NCBI GenBank assembly: GCA_905178155.1
Contig: CAJINV010000005.1
Location: 7,057,751-7,121,750 of the forward strand
DNA length: 64,000 bases
Source: Amoebophrya sp. A120
Taxonomy: Eukaryota > Protista > Dinoflagellata
Direction: 5' to 3'
Shown here: positions 36,701-48,125 of the stretch, in pieces
How the letters are laid out: each line of letters opens with the position of its first letter
How positions within the stretch are numbered: position 1 is the stretch's first letter
Made by a program: the position numbers and the translations under genes
Notes under the pieces: model-generated
What the model was told of the DNA's origin: nothing
Database searches by the model: none
Seen by the model: only the letters and a program-made list of their open reading frames with translations

Positions 36701-38695
36701 GACCATGGGCGCCGGCGCACAGCCACTTCCGCACGTCCGGCAGCCCGGGCAGCCGGTTTCGAAATATGCAAGAAAAAAGCTGTGTAAGTGTAATTCTGTG
36801 ATGCAGAAAATGCAAAACAGTTACGCCTGTCATGCTCCACAAGCATGGTAGGCTCGCTTCCTACGTGTTTTCCCGTCCTATCTGCGCGTGACAAGTTTTT
36901 CCTGTCATGACAGACAAACCTGTGATGCTGTTTTTCCAAAAGACCTACACTAAGAACACAGTTTTTTTCTTGGATACGAAACTCGTTTCCAACAGTACGG
37001 GGGCCAGTTGGTTACAGATATGGATCGCAAATATGCCTCGGTCTGGACGGATGCAACTTGTCATGCTGTCTTTGTATTCTAAAAAAATATGTATTGCATG
37101 ACCAGCAAGTAAAGGAGTCCAGCTTGTTGTGCTACGCGGACGAGACGAGGGCATTTCTCATGCCGGATAGGCATCACCAGGAAGCCTTCCAAAAATCTGT
37201 GATGCTATAGTAATGTACTACAGGCGTCATGGGTCATGCAAAGCATGCATCACGAACCTGGTGGTAATCTTCCGGACCCAGACAACATACATGCATTTGA
37301 TAACAGACCGCGCAACACGATGACGGCATGCTGTTGAGCGCGTTGCGCAGGGCTTTAACGGGGAGCGGAATCGACGGAAATGGGGAGAGCAATTATCCTG
37401 AGAAAATGTTTCACTGTGAACTTGTGATGCAGAAAATGGAACACAGAACTCTTTGTCTTGCTACACCTGCAAGGCATTGGATTTGCAAGCGTGTTTTCCC
37501 TTGGAAAGCGCGCATGACAAATTTGCAGTGTCATGTGTAGCAAACTTGTGATGCAGATCTTGCAAAGTCATCACAGTGAAGCAGTTTTTTCGTGGGATAG
37601 CAATGTTGGAACTACTTCTAATGGGCAGATGCTCAGCCAACACCTTCATCAGCAAGGAGTTGTCTCGTCGCACAATTATCAACCAGGAGGTAGTGCAACT
37701 AGTCTTGGTCCACCTCATCAGCACCATCAACCCGGTTCTGTTTCGACCAACGCCGCACGCACGGGGCGGCTGTTTCACCAACATTCTGGCTTGGCGCAGT
37801 CCGGCCACGTGTCTGTTCATCCACATGCCGTTCTAGCGCACCAGATTATGGATTGCAAAAGTGCTTTTAGTGGTAATTGCATTGCAAATTGGTTTAGCAT
37901 GACGAAGTGGAGTCTGTCATGCTGTTTTGACTTGGGATGGAGATTTGTAATGCGTTATGACTGCGATTACAACTACGATACGTTTGCGCAGGATACAGAT
38001 GCAACAGGTACAACATCAGGTCGCCGGGGCGCATATCAAATGCGAATACGTGTTGGTCTGGAAAGGTGGAACTTGTAGTGCGTGTCTCGCATTCCTCGAA
38101 ATCAATCTGTGTTGCATGAGCAGCAAAATATTGACAATTGGAATTGCGAGTGTGGCAATCATGCGCAATTCTACTTTACCATCACGATAGGTTTCGTCAA
38201 AACCCGGACAACATATTTGCATTTGATAGCGCACCAGCACCAGCATCATCCGGCACATCATGCTGTTCATCCTCACGCTCAGATGACTACGACAAGATCC
38301 GCTCTGCAGACGAATCTTAATGCTACCATTGGTAGTAGCACGACGGGGCTGAGTAACAGTGGGCGGATGATTGTGAATCACACAAACTCATCCCCGAGGA
38401 ACCCGAATCGGGCTGTGATGCAGCATATGCATTGCAAAAGCATCGTACTAGTATAAATTGCATTACAAATTGACTTAGCAGTACAGATTAAATTTGTAAT
38501 GCGGATTTGCCTTGAGAAAAAGACTGCACAAACGCAATCAGTGCGAGTACGATACTTTTGCACTGTATACAGCAGAAAACTTGGTACAACTCGTCCCCGA
38601 GAGCAGCGCCGGGGGGCGGTGCGACTGCTGGTGGAACTACGACAGGACCGAATCACAGTGTCGGTGCTGGTACTGGAAAAGAACTTTTTAAATGA
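21718..38695 (+). CDS. Cytosolic carboxypeptidase (M14D, CCP/AGBL/Nna1 tubulin deglutamylase family) with long low-complexity extensions
   Basis: Spliced motifs [77 protein letters not shown]. More than 30 interruptions. The 3' extent to TGA 38695 is inferred from frame continuity. Confidence 0.85.
22028..22186. mobile_element. Introner family B
   Basis: TIR; TSD ggtga. Confidence 0.88.
23505..23670. mobile_element. Introner family B
   Basis: TIR; TSD caagc; restores [10 protein letters not shown]. Confidence 0.9.
24932..25140. mobile_element. Introner family E
   Basis: TIR tatcccacgaaaaaactgtttcactgtga; TSD gacaa. Confidence 0.92.
25211..25372. mobile_element. Introner, D-like
   Basis: tatcacaggaaaaag...ctttttcttgtgatg; TSD ccgca/gcgca. 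Confidence 0.8.
25434..25586. mobile_element. Introner family B (reverse orientation)
   Basis: TIR; TSD gaccg. Confidence 0.9.
25657..25846. mobile_element. Introner family D
   Basis: TIR; TSD ccaat/ccaag. Confidence 0.88.
25915..26195. mobile_element. Introner family F
   Basis: tatcctgtgtaagaacgtcc...ggacgttttttgtcaggata; TSD tcgtg/tcgcg. Confidence 0.9.
26299..26463. mobile_element. Introner family B
   Basis: TIR; TSD gaact/gaacc; restores MLNPDG. Confidence 0.9.
26556..26790. mobile_element. Introner family C
   Basis: TIR; TSD tttgg/cgtgg. Confidence 0.85.
28861..29123. mobile_element. Introner family A
   Basis: TIR; TSD cgaag. Confidence 0.88.
29160..29268. mobile_element. Introner family L (109 bp)
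   Basis: 29/30-bp TIR tattccctgaaaattaaccatcccc(a/g)tcca; TSD gactt. Confidence 0.92.
29345..29597. mobile_element. Introner family A
   Basis: TIR; TSD ggcgt. Confidence 0.88.
29879..30023. mobile_element. Introner family B
   Basis: TIR; TSD ggcgt/ggctt. Confidence 0.88.
30075..30350. mobile_element. Introner family F
   Basis: TIR; TSD caaga. Confidence 0.88.
30720..30934. mobile_element. Introner family E
   Basis: TIR; TSD aggtc. Confidence 0.88.
31016..31301. mobile_element. Introner family F
   Basis: TIR; TSD cgcgt. Confidence 0.9.
31355..31611. mobile_element. Introner family A
   Basis: TIR; TSD accgg. Confidence 0.88.
31660..31924. mobile_element. Introner family A
   Basis: TIR; TSD acttc/gcttc. 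Confidence 0.88.
32020..32280. mobile_element. Introner family A
   Basis: TIR; TSD gattt/ggttt. Confidence 0.86.
32393..32547. mobile_element. Introner family B
   Basis: TIR; TSD tcaat. Confidence 0.88.
32608..32893. mobile_element. Introner family F
   Basis: TIR; TSD gacaa. Confidence 0.88.
33073..33217. mobile_element. Introner family B
   Basis: TIR; TSD aattt. Confidence 0.88.
33308..33556. mobile_element. Introner family A
   Basis: TIR; TSD agagt/agagc. Confidence 0.88.
34585..35043. mobile_element. Introner family A with internal insertion
   Basis: TIR; TSD atacg; internal 20-bp direct repeat. Confidence 0.85.
35672..36395. mobile_element. Large GC-rich TIR element/intron
   Basis: Inverted repeat gtagtgaggtc (35675) / gacctcactac (36382); removing 35671-36399 restores the frame; no TSD match. 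Confidence 0.6.
36432..36680. mobile_element. Introner family A
   Basis: TIR; TSD acgtt. Confidence 0.88.
36765..36976. mobile_element. Introner family D (reverse orientation)
   Basis: tatgcaagaaaaaagctgtg...ttttcttggata; TSD cgaaa. Confidence 0.88.
37019..37302. mobile_element. Introner family A
   Basis: TIR; TSD acaga. Confidence 0.86.
37394..37599. mobile_element. Introner family E (reverse orientation)
   Basis: TIR; TSD gcaat; interior is reverse complement of 30720. Confidence 0.88.
37847..37995. mobile_element. Introner family B
   Basis: TIR; TSD cagat. Confidence 0.85.
38034..38228. mobile_element. Introner family A (short)
   Basis: TIR; TSD gcgca. Confidence 0.85.
38426..38569. 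mobile_element. Introner family B
   Basis: TIR; TSD cagca. Confidence 0.88.
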
Positions 38696-40415
38696 TAGGT
38701 ATTCGTAAACTAATTTCTGGTCGTTGGAGTCTCCACCTCCAGGAGTTTGAGTTTCGCAGCTTTACTAGTCCTAGATGTGTCACGCATTAGATGTATTCTA
38801 ACACTTCTAACTGCAGTACGCAGCTGCGATTCGAAGGACAACCACATGATCGTTAAGCTATCTTCCAAAGTGAAATAAACACAGCAACTACTACTACTTC
38901 TCATTTTATTTTTGTCAATATTGTCATTCATCACACAGTTAAGTACTTCCAGAAGTAGTGCTACTCGTTCTACTACCAACCGGCAGTCGACTTTCATCTC
39001 GACGTCGGCTGCCTTTGCTATCTTTCAACAGTACTTCTACGATTACCTTAAATTTGTCAACTTACATACACTTGAATTTTATCGAATGCGAACGACCTTC
39101 TTCAGTTCTACCACTGCGTTGCTCTACAGGTAAAGTACAGATTGCAGTACAGTAGATGCTCATGATTGGAAATTAACTTTGATGAGTTACTCGTTTCTCT
39201 TCTATTGCTCCTTCATTTTCTACAGCTCATTATGGCGAAATTTTTTTGTGTTTCATCCATATTTATTTTTCTTCATCGCGCGACGTAGGCTTGCTCCCAG
39301 TCCCATGTGATGCGTTTGCGTTCAAGAAATTTTACAGTGTGCCGCTTCGGTTTCGTGTTCTGTATCAGTAGAAAAGATAGCATTAAAGCATCGAATAGGT
39401 GGACCAATACAGCTATCATGGTGCAGCTTGTTATAGAATAGTTTCTCTATCATGGCGTCTACCGCGAGCGGGTCGACGCCATCCGGGCGCAACGCGCGCA
39501 GCGAGCTGAGGCCCCCGCCCCGCCGCTCGGGGGTCTCGCACAATGAAGTCGAAGAAAGGAAAGAATTTGTTCTGAAATTGAAATCAAGAGGTTCTTCACG
39601 GTGAAGTTCCTCAAATAGACTCCTCATTTTGAGTAGAAGTCTCGCGTACTAAACGCGAACACTGTAAGCTGTAAAGTAAAAGTTTCAGTCTCTGTAGTTA
39701 TTTCTCGCAGTTTTATTAAGAACAGCAGTAGCTTGTTTATTTCTATTTGTAGCTTGTTCACACAAAATTTGGAATTTTCACATGATATTACAAAGAGGTC
39801 TTTCTTCTAGGAGTTCGAGTTCGTCTAGCATGATTTTATTAGGTGCAGAGAAGGCCACCGGATATCTGCTGGCGTAGAGTGCAATTGACTAATGTGGCGG
39901 TCGCGGCCTCACCAACGGGCGACAACATCTTAGGCAGACAAATTGAAAAATAAGGCGGCGCTATGTGCTGTACAATACACGTTGCTTTCATACATCATTT
40001 TCAAACTCAAACACAACGTTTGCGTCGTGCAGCAGGCCTATACTGGCGTCACAGGTACTACAACGCTGACTCCGTGCAGATTATTTTTTCCATGTTGTTC
40101 CCTCGCTCTGTGACCACTGGAAGTACTAATCACGGAACGACGGGACAAGCCAGGAGTGTACAATTCTTTCGAGCGCATCTTTGCTTCTTCTCTGTATTCA
40201 ATTTTAAAGAAACGAAGGAGGGCAGAAGAAGTGTCTAATTGATGAGGGCATCAAGTGTTTTTTTCTGTGCATGCTTGTATGTTGTAACTTTATGTTTTTA
40301 CTGTAGAATTATAATTTGTTTTCTAAGGCACAGAGGGACGCGGCCAACATATGCATTACAACGAGCGACGAGTACTAGAACTACAACTAGATTCCTAAAG
40401 AGGTGGAACGTCAAA

Positions 40416-43400
40416 ATGCCGATCCCTTTTCGGTCGTTTCCGTCTTCGTTTCCCGGGGGTCGGCACCTTTCGTCTACCCCCGCCGTGGCGGCTCTCGCCG
40501 GAGCGGGGGCTTGGTTAACAGGGCGCAGAAGTTGTGAAGTGGACAATGGCCGCACTAGCCAACTAAGTTCTAGCCCTGCAGCAGGAGCAGGAACGGGTTC
40601 TTTCATGAGGCAAAATAAACCCGTGTTCTGCGAACAACAGCCGACTTCGACTGCTGGAGCTAGTGCGACTGCTGGGCCAGTCAACCCAACGTTGCTTGCC
40701 GAGGCCGGTGGTGGGGGCGGTGGATCGCATTTATTGCAGCAGAACAACAACCCAGCAGCAACAGACGTAGCTGCGAAAAAAGAGCGGGACGAATTTCTGA
40801 AAAATGCTGGTGTAGCATCTACACCATATCCCCCTCCACTGCAAGCTGAACGAACCGACGCAGCAGGCCGACCAGGTGTGGCCGGAAAAATTATCGGGGC
40901 AATCACAGACGATCCGAATGCGGATCCTTTTTCTTCAGATAACCACCTTCAACCACAGCCCGTTGACCGCAAGAGCTCAAACACAGCATCTTCCGCAACT
41001 TCAAAATTCGTTCACGACACCTCAAATAGTACAAGCAGCGCAGCTTTGGGTATTAACGCCAAGACTTTTGAAGAGGAGTACCAGTTTGAGTTTTCGAAGA
41101 GCAGAAGCAGCTTGCTGCGCTTACCAGAACCACGTGACGCTTTTGTTTGTCGTGCAGCGACGTTGCATGATGATTCGGATTCCGCAGGTGCTGGAGCAGG
41201 TTGCTCACCTCCCGCGAATGAACAGATCATCACGAAGCGCGACCTCTCCAACAACGAAACCATCGCGATCATCGGCTCTGGCGCTGCGGGCTTATCCGCC
41301 GTCGAGACCCTTCGCACCGAGGCGAAGTTCACCGGTCGGATATTACACTGAAAAATGCCCCCACCCCGGAATTATTTGCAGAAGTTTGTCATGCAAAGTT
41401 TTCAAATGAAAGCTTTCTGTCTTGCATAAAAGGATTGCGAGCGTTTCCGATGCAGAAGCAGGGTGCGCAATGTGCCTTGTGCATAACAGATCCGGCTGCT
41501 GTAGGGCTACTTCGCAACACAAATTTGACCTATTCAGCATGGAAAATTTGTGATGCTGAGATATGCAAGACGGGGAATGCGAATGCTTCTGTTGGAAAGG
41601 TTTGCAATACAAATGCTGCCAAGCTGGGGGTGGGGGCATTTTTCACTGTAATATCGGATTGTCCTGATCTCCAAGGAGCCCGGGTCGGACTACCCGATTT
41701 TCCGGGTATCAAATGCAAATATGTCTGGGTCTGGAGGGTTGCAACTTGTGATGCTATTTCTGGATTCTAGAAAACTCTGTATTGCATGACCAGTAAGAGG
41801 AGTCCACTTTGTGCTACGCGGTGGAGAGGGCATTTCTCATGCGGAGTAGGCATCAGCAAGCCGTCTAAAAATCTGTGATGCTACGGCATGCATTACGGGA
41901 GTTATGAGTCATGGAAAATCTGCATGACAGACATTTTTGCATTTGATACCGGGCGCTGCTGAGCAAGGACGCGGAGCTGTTCGAAACCGCGTCAAAGCAG
42001 CGGTTTCAATCCTTTTTCGACAATATGTACTGCAATTATGTCTGGAGGGTCTGGAAGATCGCAACTTGTCATGCTATGTCTCGAGCCCAAAAAAATTTGT
42101 ATTGCAGGAACGCCAAAAGTTGCCCAAGTCTTGCTGGGCAAAAGGCGGATTTCTCATGCGGAATAGCCATGAGGAGGGTCTCGCAAAATCTCTGATGCTT
42201 CTGTGTGCATTCCAGACTATGTGCTTGTCCGCGAGATGAATGACAAATCTCGAAATCTTCCAGACCCAGACATTTTTGCATTTGATAGACAAGTACGAAG
42301 TGGACTTTTTCCACGAAACCGAGGTCACCAAGATTGACGGGGAGATATGCAATGCAAAAACATCGTACTAGTATAAGTTGCATCACAAATTGACTTAGCA
42401 TTACAAATTCAATTTGTATTGCGGATTTGCCTCTAAGAAAAAGCTTTTTGATGCATAAACGCAATTAGTACGAGTACGATACTTTTGCACAGGATAGGAA
42501 AAAAACCTGGTGTATTTCCAATCGACGTCGAAATTTGGGAAGAAGAACAAAATTCTCGCAGATGAGAAGAACATTCTGAACAAGCAAGACTTGAAGTTCG
42601 ACAAGCTTCTGATTTCCACCGGGTCCAGTCCGAAGGCCGTTTTTGTTCCCGGGGCGCAGAACATGGCGAACGTGTTTACGTACCGCACGAAAAAAGACTT
42701 TGACAACTTGATGAAACAAATTAACCTCGTCTCCTCCACCGGTAGTGGTATCGCATCTACTTCAAAAACCGCGAAAAACAGTAATTCCAACCTGACCAGA
42801 AACGGAAAAAAGTGCATCATCGTTGGGGGCGGCGTCACGGGCATGGAATTAGCGAATCTTCTCACGGGAGGGGAGGACATTGCCTGCCAAGTGACGATAT
42901 GCATTGCAAAAGCATCGTAGTAGTATGAATCGCATGACAAATTTCCTTGGCATGAAAAGTGAGATTTGTAATGCGGATTTACCTTGCGATCGAGATTTGT
43001 ATATGCATGAATGCGATTTTAGTACGAGTACGATACTTTTGCACAGGATAGACGATGTTGGACAAGGCCCCGCTCCCCTTCGAGAAACGGTTCGGGAAAC
43101 GGGTGGGTGCCTATGAGAGTGCACAACTCCCCCTCCCCCTCATTTGTATTGCATGAACGGCAATACAAGCATCTGCAAGAGTGCCGGTTTTCCATGACAA
43201 ATTTGCACTGGAGTGCCGTGCTATTTGGGCTTCGAGAACTTGTCATGCAAACTGTGCCAAGAGACAACACAAAGGGTGGATTGGATATTTTGCATGACAA
43301 ATGAGGGGGAGGGGGAGTTCGAGTTGTGCACTTTCATAGTGCCGGGCTGGCGAAGCACCTGGCGATGAACAAAGTCTTGTACTTTGGAAATACGACGGTG

Positions 43401-46224
43401 AAGCAGTTTAAGGGCGGCATCGGGATGTATGGCGTTCTCAAACGTTACATTCTCAAACGTTACATGAATTTGTAATGCAAGAATGGCAAAAGTGACCGGA
43501 GGAAGACTGCGCCTTCTGCATTACAGGTTTGGGACGGATTGTAGTGCTATTTAGCGCGTCGAGAAGTTGTCATGCTGAGAAGGCTTGATCGCATGAAGAG
43601 TGATAGTGTTCTTGCATGACAAATCATGTAACAGTTGAGAGTGTAACAGCTGAGAACCCCATAGGATGGTAAACGCCGTGGAGCTGGACACGGGGGACGT
43701 CTTATATCATTTGTAAAATAAACGTCCCCAACCGCATAGTTGTCATGCACATGCGCAATGACAAAATGCGCATCTCCATGAGACGCATTTCCTTTTTCAA
43801 TCGTGTTCTGGCATTTGTAATGCTGTAAACAGGACGAGAGAATGGCTCTCTCATGCGGCCTCCCTTGCTAAACACCATCACACTGCAGATGGGAACTTGT
43901 TGTCATGCACAACTCACAAAACCTCGAGATTTGTGTTGCAGATTTCCCAAGAACTTGACTATGGAGTGGGGACGTTTTTGCATAGGACGTCTTACCCTGC
44001 GACTTCGTGATTATGTGCGTCGGGAACTTGGTCGGCAACACGGTGCCCATGATTACTCCGGGAGGGAGTGTGGCGAAAGCGAGGGATGTATCAAATGCAA
44101 ATATGTCTGGGTCTGGAAGATTCAAAGGTTTGTCATGCATATTTTGTATGACCCATGACGCCTGTGATGCATGACCTAGCATCGCAGACTTTATTTAGGG
44201 GGCTTTCTTATGCCTAATCCGCATGGCAAACGCAAATGCCTGCTCCGTGCAGCAGAAGCTGGGCTCCTCTTGCTAGTGATGCAATACAGATCTTTTTATG
44301 TTCCAAGGACAGCATCACAAGTTGTAACCCTCCAGACCCAGACACTTTTGCAATGTATAGGATGGGTCCCTCCTGTGTGATCCCTTCCTGAACTGCAGCG
44401 GTATGATTGAAAATAAAAACGATGCTCGTTTGCGTTTCTGCTTGTTGTACAACTTAGAGGTCTACTGCCGTAAATTATCCATGTGGTCGTGTCATAGAAG
44501 ACGAGACAGAGAGGTTCACAACTACCTTCACGTCTGATCAGAATGAAAATCAAACTAGGCTTTTCCAACTTTGATGAAAATACCTCAGGCTTCTCCATTG
44601 TGGGCGAAGCAGAAGATTCGTCTTCAAGTGCTGGAGACATTTTCGCTGCTGGAGACGTGGCGACCTACCCGGACGTGAGAACGTCGAAATACCAACGGGC
44701 AACGCAATGGAACACCGCAGTGGATCAGGGAAGAGTCGTATGCAAGAAAAAACGATGGAGGTAGTAGGTGTAGTACCTTTTTTTGCGAAAGAGCATTTAT
44801 ACAAATCTTTTTGGCGTGACAGACAGGAAAGACTTGTGGTCATGATCCGGCGCAGATACGACTACGTAAAAGAGACCCCGCGTGAACGGGCCGCCCTGCA
44901 GAGCATGACCAGCAGGAGAGTAGACGCAATCGTCTTGCATGTTGCACATCTTCACGATAAAGCTCCTACGCCTTGCAATCTTTTTTTTGTTGGATAAGTT
45001 GCCGCACTGAACATGGTTGGGGACTTGGCGAAGTTGCGGAAGGAAAAAGAAGAGAAGATGAAGAAAAAGAAAAAAGCCTCCAGCGGCGCGTCATCGGATT
45101 CATCCGGAGGTACTAGTCCCCCCGCACCAGCTCCTCGAAGTTCTGAAACTCCCCAAGGACGACTCCCCATGATGAACAAAATTCCATACATCAACGACAT
45201 TCCGTATTTCACTACCCGGATTTTCAACAAAAAAATCGAATTTATCGGGCATGTCGACACGCTAGAGCATTCGGTTGTCGAAGGCGACATTGACAGCATG
45301 AAGTTTTCCGTTTTCTACGTGAACCAGCGGGATGAAATTACCGGGCTACTCACCGTGGGGAGGGAGGAGAAGGAAGAGACGAGGTTTTTGTCCCTGGCCG
45401 TCCAATATGAAATGCAAGTATGTCTGGGTCTGGAAGAATCCACCGAACTTGTGATGCTAAACTAGGATTCCAAAGAAATCTGTATTGCTGCAGCGAAGGG
45501 AATGCAATTTTTTCTGCGTGGAGAGGGTATTTGTCATGCGGAATAGGCAGCAAGAAACCCGCAAAAAATGAAAATCTGTGATGCTAGAGCATGCATCACT
45601 GACATCATGGCTCATGCAAAACGTGCATGACATCAAGTCTCAGAATCTTCCAGACCCAGACACATTTGCAATGCATATCCAACAACTGATGGAACAGCGG
45701 AAAATGCCGAAGGCGTCGGAAGTGATCATTGGTTTGGTGATATCGCAAGAAAACAACCAGAGTGAACAGTACATCATTGTGTTGCAGGCATAGCAAGACA
45801 GACAAGCTCTTTCATGCCGGATATGCATAGAAGGATCGTTGTTCCATACGTGGTCTTTTCCCGTAGGATTTCTGCAATGCAACTTTTCTTCCTCAATATG
45901 CAGAGAAATTTGTGTTGCTGAATTGACAACAAGTGTGTAACTGTAACACTTATTTTCGTCTCATAGGTGAACGCCGAGGCCCTGGTACGGAAGTGGAAGA
46001 AGGAATTCGGAATTAGCAGCGAGCAGCTGCAGCTGTTATCTTCTTCAACAGCGTCGTCGTCGGGCGGGAAGATGAAACAGAGAACGAAAGCGACCGGAGC
46101 AAGAAGTGCTTCTGGTGCTGGAGGTTCTTCTGGTAGTGCGGCTTCGGGAACGGAAGAAGAACAGTCGGAAGCTGGAAACAAAATGGATGTGGTTCGGGAG
46201 GCGTTTACTGTTAGAGGGTTTTGA
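40416..46224 (+). CDS. FAD-dependent pyridine nucleotide-disulfide oxidoreductase (AIF/AIFM3/MDAR-like), possible mitochondrial presequence
   Basis: IAIIGSGAAGLSAVETLR, FDKLLISTGS, IIVGGGVTGMELA, DIFAAGDVATYP, WNTAVDQGRVAALNM, IPYFTTRIF. R/S-rich N-terminus. Twelve introners. Confidence 0.88.
41341..41653. mobile_element. Introner family I
   Basis: tattacactgaaaaatgcccccacccc...ggggtgggggcatttttcactgtaata; TSD tcgga. Confidence 0.9.
41707..41948. mobile_element. Introner family A
   Basis: TIR; TSD ccggg. Confidence 0.88.
42024..42287. mobile_element. Introner family A
   Basis: TIR; TSD gacaa. Confidence 0.88.
42346..42496. mobile_element. Introner family B
   Basis: TIR; TSD ggaga/ggaaa. 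Confidence 0.88.
42898..43050. mobile_element. Introner family B
   Basis: TIR; TSD gacga. Confidence 0.88.
43112..43338. mobile_element. Introner family C
   Basis: TIR; TSD gtgcc. Confidence 0.9.
43428..43663. mobile_element. Introner family H
   Basis: tatggcgttctcaaacgttaca...tgtaacagctgagaaccccata; TSD ggatg. Confidence 0.9.
43705..43989. mobile_element. Introner family F
   Basis: TIR with mutated right tip; TSD tctta. Confidence 0.82.
44089..44359. mobile_element. Introner family A
   Basis: TIR; TSD ggatg. Confidence 0.88.
44739..44996. mobile_element. Introner, D-like
   Basis: TIR; TSD agtcg/agttg; restores GRVAALNM. Confidence 0.85.
45406..45677. mobile_element. Introner family A
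   Basis: TIR; TSD tccaa. Confidence 0.88.
45741..45965. mobile_element. Introner, D-like
   Basis: TAT..ATA ends; TSD ggtga. Confidence 0.8.
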
Positions 46225-46598
46225 TTTGATGTTTTTTTGGCGAAACAAATACAAAAGAAGAAGTTTGAAGAAGTTCCGAAGAAATTCGTTCTTGCGTAAT
46301 ATGCGACCTTGAGGGGTCTTATTGCGTACGCCCGCTACTAGGTCATCTGTCTGGACCACCTATGAGAACTTAAGCTTTCCGATGCCGACCCGGCAAAAAT
46401 AAACAACACGCCAGATAGCCTAGCTGTCGTCGCATCGCTTATTTCGTGTTGCTCTTTTTGATTCGTGTTCCCTAGATTGCAGGGAGGAAGAGCAAGACAG
46501 AGGAGACAAGATACGCCGCATTAACATTATGTACGAAAAACCTCTTTCGACGACTCTGCAAGCTTGTGCACAAACTCGAGCGTGTTGAAAGTCTTCAC

Positions 46599-47560
46599 TC
46601 GAAACGCGTGTGCGTCGGTCTACTGCATTCTACATGCTATTTTTCAGGTCGCCGAAATTATATCTGTGAATGTGATGAAGAAACGATCCCGAAAATAAAT
46701 GCTACAGAGGCCACGAAAAATCGGATCCCCACTACAGATGCGCATCGCTGTCGGTTTCTTGATCTACTTAAGATCCAATCTGCATCGCTCCTTTATCAGT
46801 CTCGGTTTATTGTTCCGAATTAAACAAGCATGTTGTTTGTATTTCGCCCACGGATGTTGAGGATCAACCTGGTTTCGACTATTCGAAGATGGCTGCAAAG
46901 GACTTCTGGGTCTGGAAGAGTTCATGTAGTTTGTCATGCTTGTCTGGCATGACTCTTAAATCTGTCACGCACGTTACCCAAGAGCTCCGCTTTTCTGTGA
47001 TGCAGAGCCGCAGTTTGTCATGCAGAATAGGCAACACCTAGGAGCTCAGAAACTTGTCATGCTGAGCCACTATTTGTAGCCTCATGATGAGACGCCACCC
47101 AGCATCACAAGTTTCCAGACCCAGACATTTTTACTTTTGATATGGATTTTTTGCCACCTAAATGGAAACGATCCACCGGGGCCGCGGCCGGACGTTCATC
47201 GCAACAACATGCACTCATTGCTTACAGCATGACCTTCCTGCATGGCAGAGCTTTACCATTACCACTCGAGCATAATATGCCGAAAATCGCCTCCAATGAC
47301 GTGAGGATGATGCAGCTCGCTCTGTTCCACCTTGTCGAGACGCGTGTGTGTCGGTCTACAGCATTCTACATGCTTTTGAGCTCACCAGATGAACGATCAT
47401 GGAACTTTTTATTTGAAAAAACGATCCCGAAAATAAATGCTGCAGAGACCACGAATCGGATCCGCGCTAGAGATGCAGCCCGTCACTGTCGGTTTCATTA
47501 TGTTGTACTTACTTAGTTTGTTGTACGATTTCGCCCACGAATAATCAACCTGGTCCTCGA
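46599..47560 (+). repeat. Diverged direct duplication (~46599-46878 and ~47335-47560)
   Basis: Shared blocks cgcgtgtgYgtcggtctac, aaacgatcccgaaaataaatgct, atttcgcccacg, atcaacctggt. Confidence 0.85.
46886..47142. mobile_element. Family A element, apparently intergenic, left end degenerate
   Basis: tctgggtctggaag...ttccagacccagacatttttacttttgata. Confidence 0.75.
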
Positions 47561-48125
47561 TGGAGGGCAAGTGCCTCTTCTAAAGTGCTGTGGTCAACAC
47601 ATATGTGAAGTCGAAGATGTCGGTTGAAAATTGAGCACGAGAAGATCATGGTCAGCAATTCCCTTGTATCAAAAGCACGAGAGGGACGAGGACACTTGAT
47701 GTATTAAACATGTGTATAAGGTCTGCCTCTCGTGAACAAAAAAAAAGAGAATGAGATAAAGCACTGATCAGATTAAGTGTCGTGAAGATTTTTCCTCCCG
47801 CGGAATAAAATATCACTAAACAGGTCCTTCCACACAGCATCCAAAAATATTCCCTCTTGACAAAAGAGCTTGAGTAGAACAAGTACTTCTAGGAGAAACA
47901 ACTGACTCGAAGAAAAGATTATATTGAATCGGAGTAAAAAGAAGTTTAGTTGCATCCGTATTCAAGCATCTGAATCGCAAAAGTTCTTTCTATTATAAGT
48001 GCATTCTCTTCCCTGTCCTTTGACTTCTTCTTCCTGCAAATCCCAACTTGCAGAAAAAAATTGACGACCCATCTCCTGACCCATCTCCTTTGTACCATAT
48101 TAGTACAAAGCAAAAAAGATAAAAG

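Noticed and set aside
40239-40415. N-terminal extension of the oxidoreductase given in the ORF track
   Set aside because: AT-rich and UTR-like; ATG 40416 in an AAAATG context, like other genes here, is the more plausible start
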